A DNA stretch of 64,000 bases from Octopus bimaculoides. Lineage: Eukaryota. The translations under genes and the position numbers were made by a program. The DNA is taken from NCBI RefSeq assembly GCF_001194135.2, contig NC_068983.1, positions 162,618,586 through 162,682,585 on the forward strand, read 5' to 3'. Below the pieces are notes generated by a model. That model did not search any database. It saw nothing but the letters and a program-made list of their open reading frames with translations, and was not told where the DNA came from. Shown one piece after another: positions 62,045 to 64,000 of the stretch (positions within the stretch are counted from its first letter, which is position 1; each line of letters opens with the position of its first letter).

Positions 62045-62218
62045 TCGGGTGGGTTGTAACTGTAATTCAAAGGATACAACTTTGTCACATTGATTCCGTT
62101 TGAGAATTACATTAACGTGTCTGTGGAATATTCAGCCACTTGTACGTTAATTCAGGGGCAGATAATTCAATTGGTCACTCAGCTGAATCCTCATTGGTGA
62201 ACGACCAATGAGGATTCA
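62045..62218 (+). mobile_element. Old SINE family C 3' part ending in a perfect hairpin
   Basis: TTTGTCACATTGATTC..GAGAATTACATTAAC..GTCTGTGGAATATTCAGCCACTTGTACGTTAAT matches the family C body. Confidence 0.7.
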
Positions 62219-63847
62219 TCATCACTGGATCTACATTAGAAATATACATTCAATCTCTGTATGTTAGGACTCATCTTTCTTTAAGCTAAAACCACAGGAA
62301 AAATTCTGCTCAGTGCAGGAAACCGTTATGAAGTGTTGCCACAAGCCACAAAGATCAGGGTAGTTCCATTTGTGGGTTCTTTACAATTAAAAGGGACCAC
62401 TGATGGGCTAAATGGGATACTGCGTGGTACCATTGACAAGGAGACAAATTCCTTACTCCGTTGGTTTTCATCAATTATAGCTCTCCAGTTAAAAGTCTTC
62501 CAATGTGTTAATCCTTTTGTAGCTGGCCGAGACTAGTGTTTTGATCAGCTTTGAATAGGTTCTGGAAAGCCATCGGGAAATGTACAGGAAATAATTTAGA
62601 ATCTTTTCAGAATTCTAAATACCAGGGAATTATCATAAGATAGTATCTCATGCCGAATTATAGAAATCTAATTTCCAAACGAAATAGGAAGAAAAAGAAT
62701 TCTGGTGAAGTAAATAAATTCTATACAATGTTAGATAGAAGAGATGAATATAAATTGAAAGAAAATAAAAGTAAACAAAATTGCTATCTGTTGCTATGTA
62801 GGAAGAAATGGTAAACCAATTAGAGAACAAACGTCTTTGACACGAGTTCATGTAGAACGATATGTGATTGCATTTTAATTTATTAAACTAATACAAATGA
62901 TATTCCAGTGAATTCGTCTATAAATCTAATCTGCTGCTAGGCTTATCACGACATCATGAAAACTGAAACCGTCGTTGGTCTTTAAATATATTTCTTACAA
63001 CATTTTCTCCATAACTCATTTCGTTCCAACTGTGTTTTATTGTGCTTAACTCACAAACAATTATTGAATTTTTATTATTTTGCAATTCATTCTGAAATTA
63101 TGGTGGTGTAGTAGTCAGTCAATAAAAGCGGTATATATATGTTTTTTGATTTAAATTTCCATTTTACAAATCGATAATAAGACATTTTATTTCAAACAAT
63201 AAAGAAATCATGTTGTAAGTTATAATACAATTGAAATTGGACGGTTTACCTGTTATAATACAATTGAAATTGGACGGTTTACCGGTTTTCCTGAAAAACT
63301 AACCGCTCCCCTCGTTATCGGAGCGCGGTTGTTTTTACTGAACGCCTAGGTTTTCTGTTGAAAAGATGAAGTCCAGACGATATGCTCAATGGAGGACTGC
63401 AACAAAAAGGTTGTAGTTGTGATGGCTGCCTTGATATCAGAACGTTTTTCTTAAGCTATTGTAAATTATTGTTATAGCTTTGATAACAACCGGTAGATTC
63501 TAGTTACAGCGTATCACACTCATTTGGCTTTTCTGGACGGATCTACAACGTAGATCTCTCGGGCCGAATATGGACGATTATACCTAATCGCAATCATAAT
63601 ATGTACAGAAGTAAATGGATAAAGGGATCAATATGTATCATAACAACATTATTAATAACAAAAACAGGGAAAAATTTGAGTCGTTAGCGAAGTTTGTGAG
63701 CAGAAATGTGTGGGAAAATTGAGCTAGGGATTAGACTAAACATTATGAGCGGCTGCATGTCTTATAGCCCTGTTCTAGCCTCTTATAATCTCGATGTAAT
63801 CTATATTTTATGGCTACAACGTGGGTCTGTAATCCATTTCAGTGATT

Positions 63848-64000
63848 CCTTTACTTGTTTCAGTCATTTGACTGCGGCCATGCTGGAGCATCGCATTTAG
63901 TCGAGCATATCGAACCCAGGACTTATTCTTTGTAAGCCTAGTACTTTTCCTATCGTTCTCTTTTGCCGAACCGCTAAGTTACGGGGACGTAAACAAACCA
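63848..64000 (-). mobile_element. SINE family B 3' half running off the window
   Basis: TTTTACTTGTTTCAGTCATTTGACTGCGGCCATGCTGG...GCCGAACCGCTAAGTTACGGGGACG. Confidence 0.85.

Noticed and set aside
62333-62536. 67-aa ORF MLPQATKIRVV...
   Set aside because: No recognisable motif, splice signals or TE similarity.
63219-63283. CRISPR-like repeat (GTT...ATTGAAAT)
   Set aside because: Two adjacent copies with no spacer, no cas genes, eukaryotic context.

Overview
This is AT-rich, repeat-dense eukaryotic DNA from a draft assembly, with about 25 N-gaps, nearly all abutting microsatellites. The repeat families resemble those I associate with octopus/coleoid cephalopod genomes; that assignment is inference only. 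I found no intact protein-coding gene, rRNA, genuine tRNA gene or CRISPR array. The window is a mosaic of: (i) three modular tRNA-headed SINE groups (A, B, C are my labels); (ii) decayed Penelope-like elements (PLEs); (iii) R4/Dong-type RLE LINE fragments, several in trinucleotide microsatellites; (iv) a CR1-type LINE remnant; (v) a pogo-type transposon with intact TIRs and TA flanks, plus deleted mariner/Tc1 elements and MITEs; (vi) Helentron-type HINEs and Helitron helicase remnants. The most notable signal not shown by the ORF track is a set of about ten minimal type-I hammerhead-ribozyme-like motifs, most with a palindromic stem III whose sequence varies between copies. One sits behind a tRNA-like Pol III head at a PLE 3' end, one precedes a long hairpin, and two form an inverted pair. 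Also noted are a templated inverted insertion next to the pogo element, unexplained fold-backs, transcription-factor motif clusters and a few weak candidate exons. All family assignments come from manual motif recognition and were not database-verified; boundaries without TIR/TSD support are approximate.
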